From: Eledone cirrhosa
Taxonomy: Eukaryota
Length of the DNA stretch: 64,000 nucleotides
Reading direction: 5' to 3'
NCBI GenBank assembly: GCA_964016885.1
Contig: OZ024759.1
Coordinates: 1,178,001-1,242,000, forward strand
The first letter of the stretch is position 1. Every line of letters starts with the position of its first letter. The notes under the pieces were generated by a model. It was not told the origin of the DNA. It saw only the letters and a program-made list of their open reading frames with translations, and did no database searches. Below, piece by piece: positions 1-15,399 of the stretch. The position numbers and the translations under genes are program-made.

Positions 1-1929
1 GACACAGTCTATATTAGTAACATGACACAGTCTATATTAGTAACATGACAAAGTCTATATTAGTAACATGGCAAAGTCTATATTAGTAACATGACAAAGT
101 CTATATTAGTAACATGACAAGGTCTATATTAGTAACATGACACAGTCTATATAAGTAACATGACAAAGTCTATATTAGTAACATGACAGTCTATATTAGT
201 AACATGCCAAAGTCTATATTAGTAGCATGACAAAGTCTATATTAGTAGCATGACACAGTCTATATTAGTAACATGACATAGTCTATATTAGTAACATGAC
301 ACAGTCTATATTAGTATCATGACAAAGTCTATATTAGTAACATGACAAAGTCTATATTAGTAACATGAGAAAGTCTATATTAGTAACATGACACAGTCTA
401 TATTAGTAACATGACAAAGTCTATATTAGTAACATGACACAGTCTATATTAGTAACATGACACAGTCTATATTAGTAACATGACAAAGTCTATATTAGTA
501 GCATGACAAAGTCTATATTAGTAACATGACAAAGTCTATATTAGTAACATGGCACAGTCTATATTAGTAACATGACAAAGTCTATATTAGTAACATGACG
601 GTCTATATTAGTAACATGACAGTCTATATTAGTAGCATGACAAAGTCTATATTAGTAACATGACACAGTCTATATCAGTAACATGACACAGTCTATATTA
701 GTAACATGACAAAGTCTATATTAGTAGCATGACAAAGTCTATATTAGTAACATGACACAGTCTATATTAGTAACATGACAAAGTCTATATTAGTAGCATG
801 ACAAAGTCTATATTAGTAACATGACAAAGTCTATATTAGTAACATGACACAGTCTATATTAGTAACATGACAGTCTATATTAGTAACATGACAGTCCATA
901 TTAGTAGCATGACAAAGTCTATATTAGTAACATGACAAAGTCTATATTAGTAACATGACACAGTCTATATTAGTAACATGACACAGTCTATATTAGTAAC
1001 ATCATACAGTCTATATTAGTAACATGACAAAGTCTATATTAGTAACATGGCAAAGTCTATATTAGTAACATGACACAGTCTATATTAGTAACATGACAAG
1101 GCCTATATTAGTAACATGACACAGTCTATATTAGTAACATGACAAAGTCTATATTAGTAACATGACAGTCTATATTAGTAACATGACAAAGTCTATATTA
1201 GTAACATGACAAAGTCTATATTAGTAACATGACAGTCTATATTAGTAACATGACACAGTCTATATTAGTAACATGACAAAGTCTATATTAGTAACATGAC
1301 ACAGTCTATATTAGTAACATAACACAGTCTATATTAGTAACATGACACAGTTTATATTAGTAACATGACAAAGTCTATATTAGTAACATGACAAAGTCTA
1401 TATTAGTAACATGGCAGTCTATATTAGTTACATGACAAAGTCTATATTAGTAACATGACACAGTCTATATTAGTAACATGACAAAGACTCTATTAGTAAC
1501 ATGACAAAGTCTATATTAGTAACATGACAGTCTATATTAGTAACATGACAAAATCTATATTAGTAACATGACAGTCTATATTAGTAACATGACAAAGTCT
1601 ATATTAGTAACATGACAGTCTATATTGTACCATGACACAGTCTATATTAGTAACATGACATAGTCTATATTAGTAACATGACAAAGTCTATATTAGTAAC
1701 ATGACAGTCTATATTGTAACATGACACACTCTATATTAGTAACATGACACAGTCTATATTAGTAACATGACAGTCTATATTAGTAACATGACAAAGTCTA
1801 TATTAGTAACATGACACAGTCTATATTAGTAGCATGACAAAGTCTATATTAGTAACATGACAAAGTCTATATTAGTAGCATGACAAAGTCTATATTAGTA
1901 ACATGACAAAGTCTATATTAGTAACATGA

Positions 1930-4900
1930 CAAAGTCTATATTAGTAGCATGACACAGTCTATATTAGTAACATGACAAAGTCTATATTAGTAACATGACA
2001 AAGTCTATATTAGTAACATGACACAGTCTATATTAGTAACATGACACAGTCTATATTAGTAACATGACAAAGTCTATATTAGTAGCATGACAAAGTCTAT
2101 ATTAGTAACATGACACAGTCTATATTAGTAACATGACAAAGTCTATATTAGTAGCATGACAAAGTCTATATTAGTAACATGACAAAGTCTATATTAGTAA
2201 CATGACACAGTCTATATTAGTAACATGACAGTCTATATTAGTAAAATGACAGTCCATATTAGTAGCATGACAAAGTCTATATTAGTAACATGACAAAGTC
2301 TATATTAGTAACATGACACAGTCTATATTAGTAACATGACACAGTCTATATTAGTAACATCACACAGTCTATATTAGTAACATGACAAAGTCTATATTAG
2401 TAACATGGCAAAGTCTATATTAGTAACATGACAAAGTCTATATTAGTAACATGACAGTCTATATTAGTAACATGACAAAGTCTATATTAGTAACATGACA
2501 AAGTCTATATTAGTAACATGACAGTCTATATTAGTAACATGACACAGTCTATATTAGTAACATGACAAAGTCTATATTAGTAACATGACACAGTCTATAT
2601 TAGTAACATGACACAGTCTATATTAGTAACATGACACAGTTTATATTAGTAACATGACAAAGTCTATATTAGTAACATGACAAAGTCTATATTAGTAACA
2701 TGGCAGTCTATATTAGTAACATGACAAAGTCTATATTAGTAACATGACACAGTCTATATTAGTAACATGACAAAGACTCTATTAGTAACATGACAAAGTC
2801 TATATTAGTAACATGACAGTCTATATTAGTAACATGACAAAATCTATATTAGTAACATGACAGTCTATATTAGTAACATGACAAAGTCTATATTAGTAAC
2901 ATGACAGTCTATATTGTACCATGACACAGTCTATATTAGTAACATGACATAGTCTATATTAGTAACATGACAAAGTCTATATTAGTAACATGACAGCCTA
3001 TATTGTAACATGACACAGTCTATATTAGTAACATGACACAGTCTATATTAGTAACATGACAGTCTATATTAGTAACATGACACAGTCTATATTAGTAACA
3101 TGACACAGTCTATATTAGTAACATGACAGTCTATATTAGTAGCATGGCAATGTCTATATTAGTAACATGACACAGTCTATATTAGTAACAAGACATAGTC
3201 TATATTAGTAACATGACATAGTCTATATTAGTAGCATGACAAAGTCTATATTAGTAACATGACAAAGTCTATATTAGTAACATGACACAGTCTATCTTAG
3301 TAACATGACAAAGTCTATATTAGTAACATGACACAGTCTATATTAGTAACATGACAAAGTCTATATTAGTAGCATGACAAAGTCTATATTAGTAACATGA
3401 CACAGTCTATATTAGTAACATGACAAAGTCTATATTAGTAACGTGACAAAGTCTATATTAGTAACATGACAAAGTCTATATTAGTAACATGACTAAGTCT
3501 ATATTAGTAACATGACACAGTCTATATTAGTAACATGACAGTCTATATTAGTAGCATGACAAAGTCTATATTAGTAACATGACACAGTCTATATTAGTAA
3601 CATGACACAGTCTATATTAGTAACATGACACAGTCTATATTAGTAACATGACAGTCTATATTAGTAACATGACAAAGTCTATATTAGTAACATGGCAAAG
3701 TCTATGTTAGTAACATGACAAAGTCTATATTAGTAACATGACAGTCTATATTAGTAACATGACACATTCTATATTAGTAACATGACAAAGTCTATATTAG
3801 TAGCATGACAAAGTCTATATTAGTAACATGACAGTCTATATTAGTAACATGCCAAAGTCTATATTAGTAGCATGACAAAGTCTATATTAGTAACATGACA
3901 CAGTCTATATTAGTAACATGACACAGTCTATATTAGTAACATGACACAGTCTATATTAGTAGCATGACAAAGTCTATATTAGTAACATGACAAAGTCTAT
4001 ATTAGTAACATGACAAAGTCTATATTAGTAACATGACAAAGTCTATATTAGTAACATGACACAGTGTATATTAGTAATATGACAGTCTATATTAGTAGCA
4101 TGACAAAGTCTATATTAGTAACATGACAAAGTCTATATTAGTAACATGACACAGTCTATATTAGTAACATGACAGTCTATATTAGTAACATGACAAAGTC
4201 TATATTAGTAACATGACACAGTCTATATTAGTAACATGACAAAGTCTATATTAGTAACATGACAAAGTCTATATTAGTAACATGACAGTCTATATTAGTA
4301 ACATGACAAAGTCTATATTAGTAACATGACAAAGTCTCTATTAGTAACATGACAAAGTCTATATTAGTAACATGACAAAGTCTCTATTAGTAACATGACA
4401 AAGTCTATATTAGTAACATGACAGTCTATATTAGTAACATGACAAAGTCTATATTAGTAACATGACAGTCTATATTGTAACATGACACAGTCTATATTAG
4501 TAACATGACACAGTTTATATTAGTAACATGACATAGTCTATATTAGTAACATGACAAAGTCTATATTAGTAACATGACAGTCTATATTGTAACATGACAC
4601 AGTCTATATTAGTAACATGACAGTCTATATTAGTGACATGACAAAGTCTATATTAGTAACATGACAAAGTCTATATTAGTAACATGACAAAGTCTATATT
4701 AGTAACATGACAAAGTCTATATTAGTAGCATGACACAGTCTATATTAGTAACATGACAAAGTCTATATTAGTAACATGACAAAGTCTATATTAGTAACAT
4801 GACACAGTCTATATTAGTAACATGACACAGTCTATATTAGTAACATGACAAAGTCTATATTAGTAGCATGACAAAGTCTATATTAGTAACATGACAAAGT

Positions 4901-7900
4901 CTATATTAGTAACATGACACAGTCTATATTAGTAACATGACAGTCTATATTAGTAAAATGACAGTCCATATTAGTAGCATGACAAAGTCTATATTAGTAA
5001 CATGACAAAGTCTATATTAGTAACATGACACAGTCTATATTAGTAACATGACACAGTCTATATTAGTAACATCACACAGTCTATATTAGTAACATGACAA
5101 AGTCTATATTAGTAACATGGCAAAGTCTATATTAGTAACATGACAAAGTCTATATTAGTAACATGACAAGGCCTATATTAGTAATATGACACAGTCTATA
5201 TTAGTAACATGACAAAGTCTATATTAGTAACATGACAGTCTATATTAGTAACATGACAAAGTCTATATTAGTAACATGACAAAGTCTATATTAGTAACAT
5301 GACAGTCTATATTAGTAACATGACACAGTCTATATTAGTAACATGACAAAGTCTATATTAGTAACATGACACAGTCTATATTAGTAACATGACAAAGACT
5401 CTATTAGTAACATGACAAAGTCTATATTAGTAACATGACAGTCTATATTAGTAACATGACAAAATCTATATTAGTAACATGACAGTCTATATTAGTAACA
5501 TGACAAAGTCTATATTAGTAACATGACAGTCTATATTGTACCATGACACAGTCTATATTAGTAACATGACATAGTCTATGTTAGTAACATGACAAAGTCT
5601 ATATTAGTAACATGACAGTCTATATTGTAACATGACACAGTCTATCTTAGTAACATGACACAGTCTATATTAGTAACATGACAGTCTATATTAGTAACAT
5701 GACACAGTCTATATTAGTAACATGACCCAGTCTATATTAGTAACATGACAGTCTATATTAGTAGCATGGCAATGTCTATATTAGTAACATGACACAGTCT
5801 ATATTAGTAACAAGACATTGTCTATATTAGTAACATGACAAAGTCTATATTAGTAACATGACAAAGTCTATATTAGTAACATGACAAAGTCTATATTAGT
5901 AACATGACAAAGTCTATATTAGTAACATGACTAAGTCTATATTAGTAACATGACACAGTCTATATTAGTAACATGACAGTCTATATTAGTAGCATGACAA
6001 AGTCTATATTAGTAACATGACAAAGTCTATATTAGTAACATGACACAGTCTATATTAGTAACATGACACAGTCTATATTAGTAACATGACAGTCTATATT
6101 AGTAACATGACAAAGTCTATATTAGTAACATGGCAAAGTCTATGTTAGTAACATGACAAAGTCTATATTAGTAACATGACAGTCTATATTAGTAACATGA
6201 CACATTCTATATTAGTAACATGACAAAGTCTATATTAGTAGCATGACAAAGTCTATATTAGTAACATGACAGTCTATATTAGTAACATGCCAAAGTCTAT
6301 ATTAGTAGCATGACACAGTCTATATTAGTAACATGACAAAGTCTATATTAGTAACATGACAAAGTCTATATTAGTAACATGACACAGTCTATATTAGTAA
6401 CATGACACAGTCTATATTAGTAACATGACAAAGTCTATATTAGTAGCATGACAAAGTCTATATTAGTAACATGACACAGTCTATATTAGTAACATGACAA
6501 AGTCTATATTAGTAGCATGACAAAGTCTATATTAGTAACATGACAAAGTCTATATTAGTAACATGACACAGTCTATATTAGTAACATGACAGTCTATATT
6601 AGTAAAATGACAGTCCATATTAGTAGCATGACAAAGTCTATATTAGTAACATGACAAAGTCTATATTAGTAACATGACACAGTCTATATTAGTAACATGA
6701 CACAGTCTATATTAGTAACATCACACAGTCTATATTAGTAACATGACAAAGTCTATATTAGTAACATGGCAAAGTCTATATTAGTAACATGACAAAGTCT
6801 ATATTAGTAACATGACAGTCTATATTAGTAACATGACAAAGTCTATATTAGTAACATGACAAAGTCTATATTAGTAACATGACAGTCTATATTAGTAACA
6901 TGACACAGTCTATATTAGTAACATGACAAAGTCTATATTAGTAACATGACACAGTCTATATTAGTAACATGACACAGTCTATATTAGTAACATGACACAG
7001 TTTATATTAGTAACATGACAAAGTCTATATTAGTAACATGACAAAGTCTATATTAGTAACATGGCAGTCTATATTAGTAACATGACAAAGTCTATATTAG
7101 TAACATGACACAGTCTATATTAGTAACATGACAAAGACTCTATTAGTAACATGACAAAGTCTATATTAGTAACATGACAGTCTATATTAGTAACATGACA
7201 AAATCTATATTAGTAACATGACAGTCTATATTAGTAACATGACAAAGTCTATATTAGTAACATGACAGTCTATATTGTACCATGACACAGTCTATATTAG
7301 TAACATGACATAGTCTATATTAGTAACATGACAAAGTCTATATTAGTAACATGACAGCCTATATTGTAACATGACACAGTCTATATTAGTAACATGACAC
7401 AGTCTATATTAGTAACATGACAGTCTATATTAGTAACATGACACAGTCTATATTAGTAACATGACACAGTCTATATTAGTAACATGACAGTCTATATTAG
7501 TAGCATGGCAATGTCTATATTAGTAACATGACACAGTCTATATTAGTAACAAGACATAGTCTATATTAGTAACATGACATAGTCTATATTAGTAGCATGA
7601 CAAAGTCTATATTAGTAACATGACAAAGTCTATATTAGTAACATGACACAGTCTATCTTAGTAACATGACAAAGTCTATATTAGTAACATGACACAGTCT
7701 ATATTAGTAACATGACAAAGTCTATATTAGTAGCATGACAAAGTCTATATTAGTAACATGACACAGTCTATATTAGTAACATGACAAAGTCTATATTAGT
7801 AACGTGACAAAGTCTATATTAGTAACATGACAAAGTCTATATTAGTAACATGACTAAGTCTATATTAGTAACATGACACAGTCTATATTAGTAACATGAC

Positions 7901-10678
7901 AGTCTATATTAGTAGCATGACAAAGTCTATATTAGTAACATGACACAGTCTATATTAGTAACATGACACAGTCTATATTAGTAACATGACACAGTCTATA
8001 TTAGTAACATGACAGTCTATATTAGTAACATGACAAAGTCTATATTAGTAACATGGCAAAGTCTATGTTAGTAACATGACAAAGTCTATATTAGTAACAT
8101 GACAGTCTATATTAGTAACATGACACATTCTATATTAGTAACATGACAAAGTCTATATTAGTAGCATGACAAAGTCTATATTAGTAACATGACAGTCTAT
8201 ATTAGTAACATGCCAAAGTCTATATTAGTAGCATGACAAAGTCTATATTAGTAACATGACACAGTCTATATTAGTAACATGACACAGTCTATATTAGTAA
8301 CATGACACAGTCTATATTAGTAGCATGACAAAGTCTATATTAGTAACATGACAAAGTCTATATTAGTAACATGACAAAGTCTATATTAGTAACATGACAA
8401 AGTCTATATTAGTAACATGACACAGTGTATATTAGTAATATGACAGTCTATATTAGTAGCATGACAAAGTCTATATTAGTAACATGACAAAGTCTATATT
8501 AGTAACATGACACAGTCTATATTAGTAACATGACACAGTCTATATTAGTAACATGACAAAGTCTATATTAGTAACATGACACAGTCTATATTAGTAACAT
8601 GACAAAGTCTATATTAGTAACATGACAAAGTCTATATTAGTAACATGACAGTCTATATTAGTAACATGACAAAGTCTATATTAGTAACATGACAAAGTCT
8701 CTATTAGTAACATGACAAAGTCTATATTAGTAACATGACAAAGTCTCTATTAGTAACATGACAAAGTCTATATTAGTAACATGACAGTCTATATTAGTAA
8801 CATGACAAAGTCTATATTAGTAACATGACAGTCTATATTGTAACATGACACAGTCTATATTAGTAACATGACACAGTTTATATTAGTAACATGACATAGT
8901 CTATATTAGTAACATGACAAGGTCTATATTAGTAACATGACAGTCTATATTGTAACATGACACAGTCTATATTAGTAACATGACAGTCTATATTAGTGAC
9001 ATGACAAAGTCTATATTAGTAACATGACAAAGTCTATATTAGTAACATGACAAAGTCTATATTAGTAACATGACAAAGTCTATATTAGTAGCATGACACA
9101 GTCTATATTAGTAACATGACAAAGTCTATATTAGTAACATGACAAAGTCTATATTAGTAACATGACACAGTCTATATTAGTAACATGACACAGTCTATAT
9201 TAGTAACATGACAAAGTCTATATTAGTAGCATGACAAAGTCTATATTAGTAACATGACAAAGTCTATATTAGTAACATGACACAGTCTATATTAGTAACA
9301 TGACAGTCTATATTAGTAAAATGACAGTCCATATTAGTAGCATGACAAAGTCTATATTAGTAACATGACAAAGTCTATATTAGTAACATGACACAGTCTA
9401 TATTAGTAACATGACACAGTCTATATTAGTAACATCACACAGTCTATATTAGTAACATGACAAAGTCTATATTAGTAACATGGCAAAGTCTATATTAGTA
9501 ACATGACAAAGTCTATATTAGTAACATGACAAGGCCTATATTAGTAATATGACACAGTCTATATTAGTAACATGACAAAGTCTATATTAGTAACATGACA
9601 GTCTATATTAGTAACATGACAAAGTCTATATTAGTAACATGACAAAGTCTATATTAGTAACATGACAGTCTATATTAGTAACATGACACAGTCTATATTA
9701 GTAACATGACAAAGTCTATATTAGTAACATGACACAGTCTATATTAGTAACATGACAAAGACTCTATTAGTAACATGACAAAGTCTATATTAGTAACATG
9801 ACAGTCTATATTAGTAACATGACAAAATCTATATTAGTAACATGACAGTCTATATTAGTAACATGACAAAGTCTATATTAGTAACATGACAGTCTATATT
9901 GTACCATGACACAGTCTATATTAGTAACATGACATAGTCTATGTTAGTAACATGACAAAGTCTATATTAGTAACATGACAGTCTATATTGTAACATGACA
10001 CAGTCTATCTTAGTAACATGACACAGTCTATATTAGTAACATGACAGTCTATATTAGTAACATGACACAGTCTATATTAGTAACATGACCCAGTCTATAT
10101 TAGTAACATGACAGTCTATATTAGTAGCATGGCAATGTCTATATTAGTAACATGACACAGTCTATATTAGTAACAAGACATTGTCTATATTAGTAACATG
10201 ACAAAGTCTATATTAGTAACATGACAAAGTCTATATTAGTAACATGACAAAGTCTATATTAGTAACATGACAAAGTCTATATTAGTAACATGACTAAGTC
10301 TATATTAGTAACATGACACAGTCTATATTAGTAACATGACAGTCTATATTAGTAGCATGACAAAGTCTATATTAGTAACATGACAAAGTCTATATTAGTA
10401 ACATGACACAGTCTATATTAGTAACATGACACAGTCTATATTAGTAACATGACAGTCTATATTAGTAACATGACAAAGTCTATATTAGTAACATGGCAAA
10501 GTCTATGTTAGTAACATGACAAAGTCTATATTAGTAACATGACAGTCTATATTAGTAACATGACACATTCTATATTAGTAACATGACAAAGTCTATATTA
10601 GTAGCATGACAAAGTCTATATTAGTAACATGACAGTCTATATTAGTAACATGCCAAAGTCTATATTAGTAGCATGACA
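1930..10678. repeat. Two tandem copies of a ~4.36-kb HOR (about 1930-6290 and 6291-10678)
   Basis: Rare markers recur at a fixed offset: tgacagccta 2991/7352 (4361), tagtgacat 4631/8994 (4363), catgacccag 5721/10084 (4363). The 2-bp shift reflects a 21-mer at ~4171 versus a 23-mer at ~8532. Confidence 0.92.
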
Positions 10679-11226
10679 AAGTCTATATTAGTAACATGAC
10701 ACAGTCTATATTAGTAACATGACACAGTCTATATTAGTAACATGACACAGTCTATATTAGTAGCATGACAAAGTCTATATTAGTAACATGACAAAGTCTA
10801 TATTAGTAACATGACAAAGTCTATATTAGTAACATGACACAGTGTATATTAGTAATATGACAGTCTATATTAGTAGCATGACAAAGTCTATATTAGTAAC
10901 ATGACAAAGTCTATATTAGTAACATGACACAGTCTATATTAGTAACATGACACAGTCTATATTAGTAACATGACACAGTCTATATTAGTAACATGACAAA
11001 GTCTATATTAGTAACATGGCAAAGTCTATATTAGTAACATGACAAAGTCTATATTAGTAACATGACAAGGTCTATATTAGTAACATGACACAGTCTATAT
11101 AAGTAACATGACAAAGTCTATATTAGTAACATGACAGTCTATATTAGTAACATGCCAAAGTCTATATTAGTAGCATGACAAAGTCTATATTAGTAGCATG
11201 ACACAGTCTATATTAGTAACATGACA

Positions 11227-14200
11227 AAGTCTATATTAGTAACATGACACAGTCTATATTAGTAACATGACACAGTCTATATTAGTAACATGACACAGTC
11301 TATATTAGTAACATGACAGTCTATATTAGTAACATGACAAAGTCTATATTAGTAACATGGCAAAGTCTATGTTAGTAACATGACAAAGTCTATATTAGTA
11401 ACATGACAGTCTATATTAGTAACATGACACATTCTATATTAGTAACATGACAAAGTCTATATTAGTAGCATGACAAAGTCTATATTAGTAACATGACAGT
11501 CTATATTAGTAACATGCCAAAGTCTATATTAGTAGCATGACAAAGTCTATATTAGTAACATGACACAGTCTATATTAGTAACATGACACAGTCTATATTA
11601 GTAACATGACACAGTCTATATTAGTAGCATGACAAAGTCTATATTAGTAACATGACAAAGTCTATATTAGTAACATGACAAAGTCTATATTAGTAACATG
11701 ACAAAGTCTATATTAGTAACATGACACAGTGTATATTAGTAATATGACAGTCTATATTAGTAGCATGACAAAGTCTATATTAGTAACATGACAAAGTCTA
11801 TATTAGTAACATGACACAGTCTATATTAGTAACATGACAGTCTATATTAGTAACATGACAAAGTCTATATTAGTAACATGACACAGTCTATATTAGTAAC
11901 ATGACAAAGTCTATATTAGTAACATGACAAAGTCTATATTAGTAACATGACAGTCTATATTAGTAACATGACAAAGTCTATATTAGTAACATGACAAAGT
12001 CTCTATTAGTAACATGACAAAGTCTATATTAGTAACATGACAAAGTCTCTATTAGTAACATGACAAAGTCTATATTAGTAACATGACAGTCTATATTAGT
12101 AACATGACAAAGTCTATATTAGTAACATGACAGTCTATATTGTAACATGACACAGTCTATATTAGTAACATGACACAGTTTATATTAGTAACATGACATA
12201 GTCTATATTAGTAACATGACAAAGTCTATATTAGTAACATGACAGTCTATATTGTAACATGACACAGTCTATATTAGTAACATGACAGTCTATATTAGTG
12301 ACATGACAAAGTCTATATTAGTAACATGACAAAGTCTATATTAGTAACATGACAAAGTCTATATTAGTAACATGACAAAGTCTATATTAGTAGCATGACA
12401 CAGTCTATATTAGTAACATGACAAAGTCTATATTAGTAACATGACAAAGTCTATATTAGTAACATGACACAGTCTATATTAGTAACATGACACAGTCTAT
12501 ATTAGTAACATGACAAAGTCTATATTAGTAGCATGACAAAGTCTATATTAGTAACATGACAAAGTCTATATTAGTAACATGACACAGTCTATATTAGTAA
12601 CATGACAGTCTATATTAGTAAAATGACAGTCCATATTAGTAGCATGACAAAGTCTATATTAGTAACATGACAAAGTCTATATTAGTAACATGACACAGTC
12701 TATATTAGTAACATGACACAGTCTATATTAGTAACATCACACAGTCTATATTAGTAACATGACAAAGTCTATATTAGTAACATGGCAAAGTCTATATTAG
12801 TAACATGACAAAGTCTATATTAGTAACATGACAAGGCCTATATTAGTAATATGACACAGTCTATATTAGTAACATGACAAAGTCTATATTAGTAACATGA
12901 CAGTCTATATTAGTAACATGACAAAGTCTATATTAGTAACATGACAAAGTCTATATTAGTAACATGACAGTCTATATTAGTAACATGACACAGTCTATAT
13001 TAGTAACATGACAAAGTCTATATTAGTAACATGACACAGTCTATATTAGTAACATGACAAAGACTCTATTAGTAACATGACAAAGTCTATATTAGTAACA
13101 TGACAGTCTATATTAGTAACATGACAAAATCTATATTAGTAACATGACAGTCTATATTAGTAACATGACAAAGTCTATATTAGTAACATGACAGTCTATA
13201 TTGTACCATGACACAGTCTATATTAGTAACATGACATAGTCTATGTTAGTAACATGACAAAGTCTATATTAGTAACATGACAGTCTATATTGTAACATGA
13301 CACAGTCTATCTTAGTAACATGACACAGTCTATATTAGTAACATGACAGTCTATATTAGTAACATGACACAGTCTATATTAGTAACGTGACCCAGTCTAT
13401 ATTAGTAACATGACAGTCTATATTAGTAGCATGGCAATGTCTATATTAGTAACATGACACAGTCTATATTAGTAACAAGACATTGTCTATATTAGTAACA
13501 TGACAAAGTCTATATTAGTAACATGACAAAGTCTATATTAGTAACATGACAAAGTCTATATTAGTAACATGACAAAGTCTATATTAGTAACATGACTAAG
13601 TCTATATTAGTAACATGACACAGTCTATATTAGTAACATGACAGTCTATATTAGTAGCATGACAAAGTCTATATTAGTAACATGACAAAGTCTATATTAG
13701 TAACATGACACAGTCTATATTAGTAACATGACACAGTCTATATTAGTAACATGACAGTCTATATTAGTAACATGACAAAGTCTATATTAGTAACATGGCA
13801 AAGTCTATGTTAGTAACATGACAAAGTCTATATTAGTAACATGACAGTCTATATTAGTAACATGACACATTCTATATTAGTAACATGACAAAGTCTATAT
13901 TAGTAGCATGACAAAGTCTATATTAGTAACATGACAGTCTATATTAGTAACATGCCAAAGTCTATATTAGTAGCATGACACAGTCTATATTAGTAACATG
14001 ACAAAGTCTATATTAGTAACATGACAAAGTCTATATTAGTAACATGACACAGTCTATATTAGTAACATGACACAGTCTATATTAGTAACATGACAAAGTC
14101 TATATTAGTAGCATGACAAAGTCTATATTAGTAACATGACACAGTCTATATTAGTAACATGACAAAGTCTATATTAGTAGCATGACAAAGTCTATATTAG

Positions 14201-15397
14201 TAACATGACAAAGTCTATATTAGTAACATGACACAGTCTATATTAGTAACATGACAGTCTATATTAGTAAAATGACAGTCCATATTAGTAGCATGACAAA
14301 GTCTATATTAGTAACATGACAAAGTCTATATTAGTAACATGACACAGTCTATATTAGTAACATGACACAGTCTATATTAGTAACATCACACAGTCTATAT
14401 TAGTAACATGACAAAGTCTATATTAGTAACATGGCAAAGTCTATATTAGTAACATGACAAAGTCTATATTAGTAACATGACAGTCTATATTAGTAACATG
14501 ACAAAGTCTATATTAGTAACATGACAAAGTCTATATTAGTAACATGACAGTCTATATTAGTAACATGACACAGTCTATATTAGTAACATGACAAAGTCTA
14601 TATTAGTAACATGACACAGTCTATATTAGTAACATGACACAGTCTATATTAGTAACATGACACAGTTTATATTAGTAACATGACAAAGTCTATATTAGTA
14701 ACATGACAAAGTCTATATTAGTAACATGGCAGTCTATATTAGTAACATGACAAAGTCTATATTAGTAACATGACACAGTCTATATTAGTAACATGACAAA
14801 GACTCTATTAGTAACATGACAAAGTCTATATTAGTAACATGACAGTCTATATTAGTAACATGACAAAATCTATATTAGTAACATGACAGTCTATATTAGT
14901 AACATGACAAAGTCTATATTAGTAACATGACAGTCTATATTGTACCATGACACAGTCTATATTAGTAACATGACATAGTCTATATTAGTAACATGACAAA
15001 GTCTATATTAGTAACATGACAGCCTATATTGTAACATGACACAGTCTATATTAGTAACATGACACAGTCTATATTAGTAACATGACAGTCTATATTAGTA
15101 ACATGACACAGTCTATATTAGTAACATGACACAGTCTATATTAGTAACATGACAGTCTATATTAGTAGCATGGCAATGTCTATATTAGTAACATGACACA
15201 GTCTATATTAGTAACAAGACATAGTCTATATTAGTAACATGACATAGTCTATATTAGTAGCATGACAAAGTCTATATTAGTAACATGACAAAGTCTATAT
15301 TAGTAACATGACACAGTCTATCTTAGTAACATGACAAAGTCTATATTAGTAACATGACACAGTCTATATTAGTAACATGACAAAGTCTATATTAGTA
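11227..15397. repeat. Permuted, nearly full-length further copy of the 4.36-kb HOR (matches ~3562-7732, offset 7,665)
   Basis: tagtgac 4631/12296 and tgacagcc 7352/15017 both give offset 7665. Private variant aacGtgacccag at 13387. The match breaks at ~15398. Confidence 0.85.
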
Positions 15398-15399
15398 AC

